Source of the DNA: Octopus vulgaris
Taxonomy: Eukaryota
Assembly (NCBI GenBank): GCA_951406725.2
Contig: OX597826.1
Coordinates: 82,460,001 to 82,524,000, forward strand
Length of the DNA stretch: 64,000 nucleotides
Direction: 5' to 3'
Below, in pieces: positions 41,713-55,910 of this stretch. The position numbers were made by a program, and so were the translations under genes. Each line of letters begins with the position of its first letter. Positions within the stretch are counted from its first letter, which is position 1. The notes beneath the pieces were generated by a model. That model saw only the letters and a program-made list of their open reading frames with translations, ran no database searches and was not told the origin of the DNA.

Positions 41713-42060
41713 CTTTATTCTGTTAGTCATTGAACTCCGGTCTTGCTGGGACACTGCCTTCAAGAGTCTTAGTTTTGAAGCCTGGTTCTTATTCTAGAGG
41801 ACTGTCTTTTCGAATCGCTTGGTTACAGGGACGTGAACACATCAGCACTGATCACGCGATGGTGGGGCACACACACACACACAGATACATGCAAAATAAC
41901 ATATACACGACGGACGTCTTTCAGTTTCCGTCTAACAAATCCACTCACAAACTTTGGTCGACCTGGTGCCATAATGGAAGATACTTTCCCAATGTGTGTT
42001 ACGTACGGGGACTGAACGCGGAAGCATAGGATTGGTAAACAATCTTCTTATCACACACCT
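41713..42060 (-). mobile_element. SINE family A (diverged)
   Basis: ctttcagtttccgtctaacaaatccactcacaa..ggactgaacgcggaa. Confidence 0.75.
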
Positions 42061-42361
42061 AAAACTTTAAAAAAAAATTCCCATTTGTTATTTCTTTTTA
42101 ATTTTTGATAATCCACCAAACAGCGGATTCAGATTTGTTGGAAAACTCCGGCTCGTTTTAATTTCGTTTAACAACAGCAGCAGCCTTCCATCTCTGATAT
42201 GGTCTCCTTGCTTCACCATTGTTTTTCTCAATATCTCTTCGATTTACTCGTCATACTCGTTTCTTTCTTGATAGTTTATCCGATGTTCTTAGTTTGCGGA
42301 ATTTGATTGCAATGTTCTCTCTTTCACTCTCATTCTCTGTCGACCTCTGTCACTATCTGTC

Positions 42362-42415
<54 letters not shown>

Positions 42416-43575
42416 TCTATCTCTATCCTGCTGTCTTTTTCAATTATTTTGCAGATAATCCGCTTGATTTGCGCCGTCCAGATTCTCTCTTCGTATCCCC
42501 TGACACTTTTCTCATACCAAAGGGACCCTACCAGTTGGTACATTGGCATCTACATATAGCATGCAACTAGTATACCTTCATCGCTGTAAGAATGTGAAGG
42601 GGTCCTCCTTCGTAAGGTGAAAGGTATTTCTAAGAAAAAGAAATGATTAGAGAAAAAGTTTTTTTAGAAAATGAAATTGTGAAGAAACCAACTATGATAG
42701 AAACTACGAAATTTAAACATAGGGTAATTATTTACGCAGTTTTAACCCATCTTGATTGGAAAATGGCCAAGCACTGATAATTTTTCTAAAATTCCGAGGG
42801 AAGCTCCAAACTGAATGGAAAGCTGCAAGTGATGGAGTGATTGGAAGCAAGATAACATAAAGTTGCATCATGATGAAAAATGCGAAGAAAAAAAAAAAAG
42901 TTGTTTCTTAGGATATAATTCGAGTGACTCTTCATTTAGAGACGAGCAGATTGGATCCACTCCTTGATATAGATCTGCACATATATATGTATAAATACAT
43001 TCTAGAGAATATATCATCTCCGAATACATAGGCTCCTAGTATCCTTGCCTCGACATCTAACTATACGCCTTCCTTTTGAAGTGCACACACCCACACCCAC
43101 ACCTTCAGCCATGTAAATGGATCGCCATTGATTTCAACGTTGCACAATCAGTTATTAGAACCAATGAAGTCTCAACTCATTCAAGAAGCATGTCAATGAA
43201 TAGGACCCAAACACTTTTAGCCCCTTGATGCAATCTCATGCAGAGTCAGCTTTAAGCACTGATATAAAGTACCATTTTTTTCAATTCCATATTAAACACG
43301 CCCCACCACCTTCCGCCACCTGATTTCGCTCACCTGGTTTGGGTTGATTGTCATGCGTAAGTGTATTTTACTGTAGTCTCGAGGTTACCAGGGTAAAAGA
43401 CACGTGACCAAGTTTCTAATCAATGGGATTGAACCCGGTATCTCATGCTATGCAACTCTTAGGGCACTCTGCGTCTACAATGTACTTACATGTATGCAGA
43501 TATATACGCAGTTATAAATGTGAACAATAGCACTTTAAGTGCGTAAGCTGTTTTATATACCCACATTTATACATT

Positions 43576-43637
43576 CCTAAATAAAAAACGCACACAGGAG
43601 TCTTTACGGGTCTTGTGACCATCATCAGTTTGCTAGG
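43576..43637 (-). ncRNA. Decayed hammerhead-like motif
   Basis: cctagcaaa CTGATGA t ggtc acaa gacc c G(t)AAA gac..gtt TT ttatttagg. One-nt insertion in GAAA; stem I 7/9 paired. Confidence 0.4.
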
Positions 43638-44361
43638 ATTTTAAATATTTATCTCTTAATTTTAAAGTTTCCGGAAATGGGAAGCTGTGAGGCTGATTTC
43701 CTTTCAAAAGGGAAGCCTTTTCGCTTCTTGCTTTATATTTTTGTTCTGTATCGCCGCACAAAGCGGTCTCGGCCAGAATAACTCGGTTTTTAGTAGTATA
43801 TAGAAATAAATTACCAAATGTGTCCTTCCTTCTGCAGGAACATTATTTGAAGATGCTTTAGCTGCTATTTGTAGCTAAAATAACCTTTCATAGATATCTA
43901 ACAAGAATTCTTCAGAACTATTTTCCTACTTATAAAACATTCTGGCTAATGATCAAAGTAGGTTGGAAAAGAGGATGCTTCGCTGATTATGTCTTAGAGA
44001 TAAAGATATGCCGGTAGTTATCCCCTCCACTGCTAGTAGTTCTGCCTTCTTGCATAAAAATTCAATTTTCTGTGAAGTTATTTCGCTATTTCTTGAAATC
44101 GTCTATGCTTTGATCTGAAATATGCTAACACCTAACGCAACGATTTCGTTTGCTTTCTTCAAATAAAAGGCCTGTTATAATTCATTTAGATTGTTTTGCA
44201 TAGGTTATTCAGTACATCACTGCCTTCCTGCATCATATGAATTCATGTTTATTAATCTGCTTGGGTTACTTCCAACAGCCTACGACTCATAATTTATTCA
44301 CTTCAATAGAAGTGTAATCCAACACGGTGCTGAAAGTATAGCGCTGGAATATATGCGATGT

Positions 44362-45250
44362 TACAAGGGTTGTACCAAAAGTGATGTACAAGAGGGCGTA
44401 GCTTTTTATTAAATGACAGATACCATTCAAGTTGTGCATGTTGGTAGACTAACTTTGTCTCTATACAATGGTACAACTCAACGTAGAGTCCATCTGATGC
44501 ATTTACTCCTTTGTTGCACCAAACTCTCGAATTCTCTTTTTAAAAAAAATCATCTAAGCTATGTTGTAAATACATCCACAGGGTCACTTTCTCTTCGGTT
44601 GTATCAGGAATTCGTTTTCCTCGGAGATTTTCTTATATGGAAGCAAAACGGTTGAAATGGTTGGGTTCCAGATCTGAGCTATACTGCAGAAGGAGACCAC
44701 TTGCCATCCCGCTTCGCCAGTTGCCTCATGTGTTCCCAAATGTGTGTCTGACTGCTCATAGTCATACTGAAAGTAGATATCTTCAAACCCTTGTTTCGTT
44801 TTTTGTTGTCCCCTCTCTGTGGTTTCTTTGGGATTTCATAGTTTCTTCCCGCACCGCTTTGCAGTTCACACTAGAGCCACGTTCGAAAATATCGTGGCGA
44901 ATAACATGCATTTATATAAAAATAAAACCGTCTCCATGGCTTGTTGTCCCGATCACTGGCTGTTGAAATCCTTAGGAAACGTATGGTTATTTCATGAACT
45001 GAAATGTAGCTGCTCAGAGCTGATTCGCACCCTTAGTTCCTCTAAACTGGCGACAAACTGTAGAGTTACCAATTTTGCGCACATTTTTCAAAGCTCAAAG
45101 TCTTCCACCGTCTTCTAGAATGCATTATGATCGCAATGCATTTGTATAGCAAACTCAATGTTTGTAAATCGCTTGCAATTAATACGTCTCTTGTTTGCAG
45201 ATTTGTTTCAGTGATGATCATTCAACGTGTAATTTGACTCTCTTTAAACA
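44362..45250 (-). mobile_element. Mariner-type transposase relic
   Basis: tacaaggg TIR-like end, YSSDLEPNHF (YSPDLAP motif), HDIFERGSSVN, KCI C-terminus. Confidence 0.7.
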
Positions 45251-47733
45251 TCTTTATCAATCTGAACACATTGCTTGCGTTAATGGAGTCAGTTCCGTAA
45301 ATAATTTATAATCTTCAGTGTACTTGGGTCTACCTGCAAACCTTCTTTGTCAAGAACTCAATGACGGCACGTTCCTTCTGGTCAGAATCTATTATGTATC
45401 TGCAATGAAGATTAGTTGGAAGAAGAATTACAATTGAAGAATTGTTTCTCTACCAAAATGTGAAATTTGTACGATTTATGTCGGTGAACATAAAAGATAT
45501 ACCCACGCTTGCATTAGTTTCGCAAAAACACCCGTGCAGGTATGTGCGTGAACTTGTGTGAAGCAGGAGGTGAGAAGCTACTAAGAATAACCGAATCTCC
45601 GTCCAAACTGACTCTACAGTCTAGTTTCTTTTTAAAGAGACATGTGAATAACATTTCTTGATATATAAAAGCTCTAACACGTTCGTAATGCGAAAGACTC
45701 AAAAGTTCTTAATTATAGAGATGCTCAGTCAGGGCTCAGCCTCGCTAAAAGAACAACAATTACATTTATGATATAATACCACTTCCATTACTTTAAAAGC
45801 TTGAAGTTTTACTTACTGGCCAAATGCTGTGTCACATCAACCTGGTAGACAAAAGTGCTTTCTCTGCGATAGCTTTTTCCACCGATGACACAAAGCCACA
45901 AATATGAGGGAAGATAGAAGAACCGATATAATCGACCCCAGTAATTAACATTCTTTTCGATTTCGGTAGAATAAGGGCAAAAGTTTTGCTTGAGGTGGCG
46001 TTGAAGTTCAGAACGTAAAACTGTTAGAAGTAAATATCATTACACTATGATGCTGATAGTAGCAATCGATATTGTATTTCACATTGTGTTTGCCTAGAGC
46101 CTAGAATCGACCTTTCTGTTTCACTTCAGCTATATTAACATATCTTACTTCATTAAGCAGGTTTTGTTTATAGATAAAGAAATAACACATTATTGATTCT
46201 TCAAGCCAAGTATGTTTCCTTTTATTAATTCCCTGGGTACACTAAGATTTCTTTTAAAAACCGTTTAAGGTTTTTTGTTTTTCTTTTTAACAATACTTTA
46301 AAATATTGCTTTAAAGTTATGGAAAAACAATTCTTTGATATACATATTCTCCATTGTCTCCCAAGAGAACCCGGTCGCTGAGTTAAAGAGACAAATTGCT
46401 CTGAGAGAAAGAGAGAGAGGGGGGGAGAGAAAGGAATAAAGAAGTCTGAGGGATTAAGCTACATTTAAGCAGACGATAATTCTGTCCCTCTAAACCCCTG
46501 TATTGTAATGATTAACTTCACATAAATGTTCTACAACACATAAAGATATATTTATCACATTTCTTTTTATTCTGAAACAGCTGTAAATCTACTTTAGACA
46601 TTCCGTTATATATTTATTTATTGTTCTTTGAAGTCTTGTAATAATTTTCAGCTAAATGATCCAAACAGAAAATATATTTATCTTCTTTCTATACGTTGCC
46701 TTTCCATTTGGGTTATATTTTAGCCAGTAAAGTAGCAATTGTAGTGATGTTGGTATTGACTAACATTACTCTCTAGTAAAATAGCAAAACACTAATAGCT
46801 TGTGATAATACTTTTAGAAATATTAGTCGGATTTCGCTAAAGCATAAAAGTAATGGCTGAATAAGTATTAGACGTTCTATCGACATGATGGGAAAATGGC
46901 GGAAATTTCCGACATTAGAATTTTCGTAATTTGCCTTGTCATTGTACTGGGAATTATGCTGGCGTGATGAGAATGTTGATAATTATTTGAATACCCATTT
47001 AATTCACTTAAATCAACATTGCTGGCTGTTAAACTTTGTTTATGAGACATCTGTTATGATATGACTGTTGTATTTATTGTTGTAAATGTTGCTATATCAG
47101 TTTAGTTTACACATTCTGTTATGTTTTCGAACAGATACAGAATCTTGGGAATTTGACATGGAAACCTGAGCACACACGGACATACACAAACGCACACATA
47201 CACACACACTTGCACACACATTCACACATATATATAGATATATGTTTATATATATGCGCATATATACATATATATATATATACAAACATAAAATACATAC
47301 ATAAATGTGTACGAACGTATATAGGTTTGTTTTTGTGAATCTGAAGTACGAATATCAATTTAGATATTAGAAAACTTAGCTACGATTATGAGAGATATTT
47401 ATGTGCGTTTATGTATAAGTGTATGCGCGCGCTCTCGTAAGAATATAATAGTGTTAGAAATTAAAACCATCATCATAGGAATATATAATGTCGGTATGAA
47501 ATGCAGGGACGACAACCCCAGAAGTCTTTAAGCAATTTGAAAACAAACAATTTCTTGTTGAGTAAATGCGTTTCTAATACTATGATTATAAATCTGGACA
47601 CTTTCATTGTGGACAACAACCATGAAAAATGCTGTATTAGACGGGATTATGAATAGCTACCTACCTACCTACCTACATACATACATACATACATACATAC
47701 ATACATACATACCTGCCTACATACATACATAAT

Positions 47734-47773
<40 letters not shown>

Positions 47774-47774
47774 C

Positions 47775-47834
<60 letters not shown>

Positions 47835-47999
47835 ACGCACTCAGCTTTCACTGCTAAGCGCGTCATAGTGGCGAAACCAATGGGCACTCTCTGACCAGCC
47901 ATAACTATCAACTTCCTAAAATACATACATATATGTATACATACATACATACATACATATATACATACATACATACATACATACATACATACACACATA

Positions 48000-49500
48000 C
48001 AGGTCAGGATAAATGTTATATGGTTGTGAAAATGGGGAAAACCATAAACCAGACCAGTAACATCTCCATCTATAATTTGGCTGTTTCCCCTGTATCTGAC
48101 GATGAATGTTGCAGGTACCTAGAAGTAGATGAAAATAAATGTATCTTACAAAGGCATCTGTAACAAAACACGTGCCACTAAGGAATATTACAGCCGAATA
48201 AAGAAAATTTGGACCTCAGAACTCTCTGCATTCAATAAAACAGTGGCCCACAATATGTTTTGACAGTGCCAGTACTCATACCAACATTGGGGCTGCTTGA
48301 TTGGAGGCTTGATGAAATCCGAGCCATTGATGAGAAAACCCGAAAAATACAAGTTACACATAATTTCCACATAAACAGTGACGTAGACTGCCTCTTCATA
48401 AAACGTAGACATCGATCCAAAATGCCATTAAATGTCGCAGCTTATCCCTTCGGCAACATCTTTTAACTACCAAATGTCGAAGTGCATCCTTTGACCAAGT
48501 TTGCATACATGAGCCTGATAACATCATAAGATTTGGAAGGCAGCTCCTTGAGCAACACTCTTTGTCTGATAACCTAGAATGCATGCCCAAAGAAGCAGCA
48601 CGACTCTACCACAACGTATCTGATGTAACGATGAGACTATATGAGCAGGAGATGTTAGTAGAAAGCTTCGTGATGATAGTAACATTGATCATCAAAGCAA
48701 TTTATCATGAACCATTAGCTTTATTGCTACTTCCCACTTTGAAGGGTATGCGTTTGCAATCCAGGAACAGGAAATATCAACCAAATACCACAAAAAGCAT
48801 TGAGATGCGAGAAAAGCCGTAAAAATGTGGCAACCAATGCAGACTTTGTGGAGTTCACACTGAAGATATCACCCACATCATAAGCAGTTGTCCGAAAATG
48901 TCATCATGTTATTATCTACCGATGAGACATGACGTTTTATCTAGGACACTCTATAATGAAATCCGTCGGAAGGATAATCCCGAGGACAATGAAATAAAAG
49001 CCCACAACATGATAGAAGCTATAGTCACTCATAATAAAAAGAAGTATTGGTGGAATGTCCAAGTGAAAACCCCAAAAGAATGTAAACACAATATAGCTGA
49101 TCTAATGATTTGGGATAAAGAGGAGAAACTGGGCACAGTTGTTGAAATTAGCTGCTCAGCGGATCTTAACATAAAGCTGGAGATCAGGGAAAAAGAGAAT
49201 GCCTATGCTGAAATATTGAGAAATCTGCAGTTACTCTATCCAGATTACAAGTTAGGTATGTACCTCTAATAATTGGGGTCCTGGGATATGTAACACACTG
49301 CCTTAATAGCAATCTTGAGAAATTAGGCTTCTCAAAACCAGAAAGGAGAAAGTTAATTCGAAGACTACAGATCCAATCCGTCAATGGAACTGTAAAAATC
49401 AGTAACACTTTCCTGAAGTTTATCATTTAAATATTTATAAACATGTCTAGATATGCAACTATATGCATAAGAATACATATATAAAACATACAAACAAACA
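48000..49500 (+). mobile_element. R4/Dong-clade non-LTR retrotransposon (second family), 5'-truncated
   Basis: RIKKIWTSELSAFNK, VPVLIPTLG, EGYAFAIQEQ, CRLCGVHTEDITHIISSC, RHDV, WWNVQV..HNIADLMIWD..VVEIS. Confidence 0.88.
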
Positions 49501-49508
49501 GAATTCTG

Positions 49509-49650
49509 TACTTGGAATGACCAAGTTTAAATACTGCTGGATCTTACTCATAAGCTATTGGGATCATACATTATGTATAAACACTATACTTGGAAGGACC
49601 CATTTTAAATTCTGTTGGATTTTACTCATAATGTATTGGAATCTTACATA
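49509..49650 (+). repeat. Two-copy tandem repeat, about 78-bp period
   Basis: tacttggaatgacc..ttaaatactgctggatcttactcataa versus tacttggaaggacc..ttaaattctgttggattttactcataa. Confidence 0.8.
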
Positions 49651-49785
49651 TATATCATTCTGCCTAAAAAATGGATCTACAAATTCAATATCCTTACATA
49701 TCTCACATCTATTTTCTTTCCTCCACCTCACTCTCTATTTTGTATCCTATCTAAATTAATTATTACTTAACCATCCTCTCACACC

Positions 49786-49837
49786 GTCTCCAATGAAGGG
49801 ATATAATTAATAAATATCCTGGAAACAGTTGCAAGAC
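49786..49837 (+). ncRNA. Inactivated hammerhead (same family as 13944)
   Basis: gtct ccaATGA a gggatat..atatcct g GAAA cagttg cA agac. Core and cleavage-site U are mutated. Confidence 0.6.
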
Positions 49838-50191
49838 CTTCTATCTATAAATGTTCTAATATCTACACAGCCTTTTTTTTTATCTCATTACGTAAAAAAT
49901 TCTGATATACACACGCTAACATATGACCAATGTTGAACCCCTTATTCGCAAAATTACCGAACCTATAACTTAATTATGGTCTGTCTATAGCACTTATTCA
50001 GCATTACCTGACACCTTAGGGTCTCAATGACACCATTACCTCTTATAAACTCAACATATATATATATATATATATTTACATATATATTGGTAAAAACGGT
50101 AAGATAACAAAAGAAAGAAAGAGACCTCAATATTATGAAAATAGAGGAATTTATCTGTAAATATAATATGAGAAAATTATTCGGTAGCCAA

Positions 50192-50252
50192 GATAAAACT
50201 CTGAGTTTCGGATGCCGATGTGGAAATCCACACCACCATCTCTTCAGTTATC
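50192..50252 (-). ncRNA. Type I hammerhead ribozyme
   Basis: gataa CTGAAGA gatggtggtgtgg attt ccacatcggcatc c GAAA ctcagag TT ttatc. 5-bp stem I, long stem II. Confidence 0.7.
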
Positions 50253-50572
50253 CGACCATCGGAAAAACGCGATGAAAAAAGACCGTTATACGAAGGGAAA
50301 TTACTGAGATATAGACCGCTATTTATACAAAAGCGCTAATTCGAATGACCGCTAATTAAGATAAGGTAAAAAGTTCATAGTAAACGCGTAAACGCCTCTG
50401 TTCATACGTACACACGTGCGTACGCATACATAACTATAAAAACGTACACATCTTCACACGCATCTTTCGCCAAATGTATATGCATATACATACAAACCCA
50501 CACACACATACGCGCTCCGTAAAAGTTCATACATACGTCTACATGTTTTTTCTTGTGCTTGTGCGTATGTAG

Positions 50573-50617
<45 letters not shown>

Positions 50618-50775
50618 GATAGATAGATAGATATATGTATGTATGTATATATATATTTATATATTCTATTCCTGAGCGTTATACTAATACATCTATTTGT
50701 TTTGTACACCACCTGCCTTCGTCTTTTGTTTTTTCTTAAACTCACCGTGTATATATGCATATATGTATGCATGAA

Positions 50776-50830
<55 letters not shown>

Positions 50831-51249
50831 ATTCAGGATTCGAAACAATCAGGAATTTAAGTATTTGATAGTAAGAGTAAGACAGCAGAGTGGCGGATGA
50901 CACACAGCTGTGTAATGAGAAGGAGCACTGAGATATCGGTACTTACGAAACTAAACACGGATTTCTCCTTCCAGTAATGCATGCCATCACAAGTAATAGA
51001 CAAAATATACAAAGTGCCATCAAATCATTCAAGGCTACACCATCTGCACATGTTCCCCCGTCGACGGCAGACTCCAGATGCTGAAATCGGATCGTCTGAT
51101 TCGTCTGGAATTGTGCTTTGTTTGGTGAGAAGTAATTGTTAAAATTTTTGATTTCTTACATTTATTCATCCAATGAAGACGTTTTTCCCCCTCTATGATG
51201 TAACACTTGTTCAGCAACAAAAACACATCTGGAACCTCAGTAGTGAACC

Positions 51250-51510
51250 ACAAGCAATATCTGTGAAGTATATGTATATATATATATATATCGTGAACTA
51301 TAATTGCCACTTAAATGCGGCTAACCCTTAAGGATGGATGGTACTGTAGCTTGTAGCCCCAAGAAGACACCTCCTCCAGCTGGCTATTGGCACACTTTCT
51401 GTGCCCTATCAGTGTTTGCAAAGGGAAGCCATCCTTCCCATCTCCAACCTGACGTGATACACACGGACCCGAGTTTCTGGGTATTAACCCGTCATCAGCG
51501 TGTGACAATC
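51250..51510 (-). mobile_element. PLE-type 3' terminus with intact hammerhead
   Basis: Homologous to 53434-53585 (direct) and 53586-53820 (inverted). Confidence 0.75.
51460..51504 (-). ncRNA. Type I minimal hammerhead ribozyme, intact, GUC site
   Basis: cacacg CTGATGA c gggt taat accc a GAAA ctcggg TC cgtgtg. Predicted cut between 51466 and 51465. Confidence 0.85.
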
Positions 51511-51659
51511 ACCTGTTTCTCTTTATTATAGGCACAAGGCCTGAATCCAGAGGGGTCATGCACAAACATGCGGGAAAAAAACATATGAAAGAATGAATTA
51601 CAATGAATTAAATTACAATGAAAATGAGACGGTTTTCACGGTTTCGCTCCGAGACGAAG

Positions 51660-53145
51660 CCGTGATTTCTTTTTTACATTTAAACGTTCTTACAGTCTTT
51701 TCTTTTTTTCCTTTTTTTAGATTGTTCTTTTTCTTAGTCTTTTGGGGTTTTGGGGGATTTTTTGGATCGTTTTTTTCTTTTTTCTTTAAACTTTTTAACG
51801 GTCTATTTTCCTTTTTTTTTTTTTATATGAAGTACAAATTTTACTTACTTGATTTTGAATGTTCATAAAGGGCTTCAAATCTAATTCCACGACCGGTGGG
51901 AGCTCGTCAAACTCGACTTCAACCCCCAGCGGGTCTATGAAAAGTCCATACATCTCTCTCCATTTCAAAAATCTCTCTTTATCTATGACTATTCCTTTAG
52001 TGTATTCAGGATATTTTTCTGGCGGCAGCTTTACTCTTATTACCGATTTATATCTTACAATCGTTTTCTCTATTTCTTTACTTTTGGTATACGTGACCAA
52101 ATGCCACTTGCATCTCTTCCTTTTCACTTCTTCTTGCTTCGGCTCCTGTCCTCATCTGTTCGGGCACGCAGAAACATCGCAACCAATTTAATGAACGCTT
52201 CCTTTTTTTCCCTGTTGTAATGCTGCCTTCTCCTGTGTGCCTTCTTTCACTACTGCTTCTGTTGGTGCTTCACACCTATTTCTCTTTTCTTCCATCACAA
52301 TCTCTTTTAGCCTTTTTTGACTGCCTGGGGGAGAATTCACTCGTTCCTTTCTCTCCTTCCTCTTTACTACTGTGAAGGATTCCTCCACTCTGTCTTTCTA
52401 TTTTATTGGTACTACCTCTTCGGTATTGTTTTCTTCGCTTTTCTTCTCCTCTTCGTTTTCCTTCTCAGGACATCTTTCCCTTTCATGTTCCCTTTTTTTG
52501 CCGCATAGGAAGCATGTTGGTGGTCTTCCTTCTACTGTTATTCGAAGTCTGGTGTCTTCCGGGAGTATTATTTCCTCCGTTATACTATGCAAGTCTTCCA
52601 AAGATACTTGCATGGTCACCTCGAGGCCATATCCCCCCAAAATTGACCTTTGGGGTCTTCGTTGAGGATCTCTACACTATCATTCATATCGTGCATTATG
52701 GCTGCTACCAGCCATTCTTCCTCGATTTCGGGTGGCACTCTTCCGACTCTCACTCTGGCAACGCGTTTGCCACAGTACGTCGGAGTTGTATTATCCATTT
52801 CGTTTTCCGTAACGGGTCCGTGGAGTGGTTTATGGCATCTTCTTCGTTGCCAAACCACACTACCATTGAGCCATACTTTTTTCCACGTGTATAGAATGTG
52901 GTCAATTTTAAACATTTCTATCTTGTTCGAGGACGTAGACAACGTTCTGTATACTACCGTCCTCTTTTCTTCGCTTTCCATCAGTTCTTCTGGAGGAGTC
53001 AGCTTTAGACTGACTCCCTCCTTTTTTACAAATTTCTTTCTTACTTCCGCTTTCTTGTGTAAATTATTATTTCCTGTACTTCCAGAGTGTTAGCATTTAC
53101 TCCTTGTATCGTTGCCGCTGCGTAACTTTGTCTATTCTCCATCTC
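51660..53145 (-). mobile_element. LINE ORF1/gag-like element without ORF2 (HAL1-like), frameshifted
   Basis: MENRQSYAAA start, RVRVGRVPPEIEEEWL, zinc knuckle GRPPTCFLCGKK.EH....CP, EESFTVVKRK, then an A-rich tail with no RT. Confidence 0.7.
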
Positions 53146-53433
53146 TCTTCCTTTCTTCACTCCTCCCGTAGACGGGGACTATACAGGTGCAAACGATACA
53201 ATGACTGAAATTCAACAATTTACACAATCCAACGAATCTCGGTTCACCCGCGCGAGGAAGCCTACAACAAACACATAACATCAGCGTGTAACGATTCGAA
53301 CTCACATTGACGAAATCACTACCAACACCCATTAGTGACAATCGCCGGCCGTCGATGTGAAATGGTTCGCAATGCAAATACATTTATCCTTTTTCCAATG
53401 ACGAAAAGCCACTGATCTTGAAAAAGTGTAAAC

Positions 53434-53817
53434 AAGCAATAATGAATCTCTGAGCGAGGAATACATAGTAGCTGCAGACATCGTGAAGTATATTCACCAC
53501 ATAAATGTGGCTGACCCTTAAGGGTGGATGCTACTGTAGCTTGTAGCCCCAGGAAGACATCTCCTCCAGCTGGCTATTGACACACAGAAACTCGGGTCCG
53601 TGTGTATCATATCAGATTGGAGATTGGAAGGATGGCTTCCTTTTGCAAATACTGATAGGGCACAGAAAGTGTGTCAATAACCAGCTGGAGGGGGTGTTTT
53701 CTGGGGCTACAAGCTACAGTAGCATCCACCCTTAAGGGTCAGCCACATTTAACTGGCAAATTTACTTCTCGATGTCCTGCAGCTACTATTTATACCTCGC
53801 TCAGAGATTTACTATTG

Positions 53818-53820
<3 letters not shown>
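53434..53820. repeat. Fold-back of the PLE-type terminus, about 150-bp arms; loop holds the 3' half of the HHR
   Basis: 53434-53585 pairs with 53669-53820; the loop starts agaaactcgggtccgtgtg. Confidence 0.9.
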
Positions 53821-54523
<703 letters not shown>

Positions 54524-54655
54524 CGTTTATGCGCTTGCTTTGCAAAATTCTTGATGTGAAATCGTGTGTTCAAACTGATATTCTTATATCTCGGGACAGT
54601 AATTTTTTCCTTGCCAAATAAACACACAGACACACATATATACACACACACTCAC

Positions 54656-54697
<42 letters not shown>

Positions 54698-55679
54698 TAG
54701 ATATATTTAGTCATTTATTCGTTCTTCACTCTTTATTATTGTTCTTATTTTATCTTATGTCCACTGTCTAGAAATCTTTAGTCACACATCTCTGACCTCT
54801 TCACCGACTCGTCCATCCACGTGTTTTCTCTTGTTCTGTTTAGTCCATTCTCAGAACAGGAGGAAACGCATGGTATGTGTATGCGTGGCAGTATTGTTGT
54901 ATATGTGTGTATGCTTGCATATCAATTGTCAATCAAAATGGATGACGTGGGGACAGGGGTTGTGCATAATTTTTTGTCTCTTCGAACAGAATGCGTGAAC
55001 AATTTATCTCATAACATAAGTTGTGTGTTTTTTCCCATCTAACAAAAATTTCGCCTTATCCACATAAAGCCATTTCCTCAAAAGTTGAAAATAATTTCCC
55101 TTGAATTAAATACTTTCATTTCGGACTTCATTTTATATATGTCTCGTATGTCCAGTTAATGTGTCTCCTTAAGCTTTTAACATAAATAATACGAATAACT
55201 TCTGAACATTATGTTTCATGCAGAACAAAATTTTCTCAATAAATTTCGCTGACCGTGTGTTGACAGGTAGAAACCCATTATCCCATAAACAGTGTAAAGC
55301 ACGAAATAATGTCTCACTGATTTTGCTTTAGATTCCGACCAAAACGAAATGAGACCTATGTATATATCATGTAAGGCTCGTGCAAGGTTTGAATGCAGAA
55401 CTTACGTCTCTCAGGCGCAGAACTTAAAAGAATATTTATGTAAGACGAAATTGGCTTTTCTCAAGTCTAGTGACATAAGTTGTCCACAGAATTACGATGA
55501 ACTAATTTCGTTTTGTACAGAACTGATAGATTGTCAAACCAAATATTAGGCAGGGATTGTCAGGAATGATAGAGGGGAAGGCAAAATGTTTTACAATAAG
55601 TAGTATATATAGATTCTGCTTTTAAATGTTGCCAACATTCAGTTTGACTTCCATTGTTGTTAGAGGAACAGGCAATATT

Positions 55680-55886
55680 CTTTTCTACTCTCAACGCCCT
55701 AAATTTGGGGGAAGGGAACCAGTCGATTAGATCGACCCCAGTGCGTAACTGGTATTTAATTTATCGACCCCGAAAGGCAAAATCGACCTCGGCGGAATTG
55801 GAACTCAGAACGTAAAGCCAGACGAAATATCGCTAAGCATTTCGCCCGGCTTGCTAATGTTTCTGCCAGCTCCTGGCCGCTTTAGT
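55680..55886 (-). mobile_element. SINE family B with 13-bp TSD
   Basis: Flanked by aacaggcaatatt at 55667-55679 and 55887-55899. Confidence 0.85.
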
Positions 55887-55910
55887 AACAGGCAATATTA
55901 AATGATTACA

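Noticed and set aside
46570-46592. gaaacagctgta half-motif (also about 21845 minus, 41600)
   Set aside because: Only the 3' half of an HHR; no core or helices upstream.
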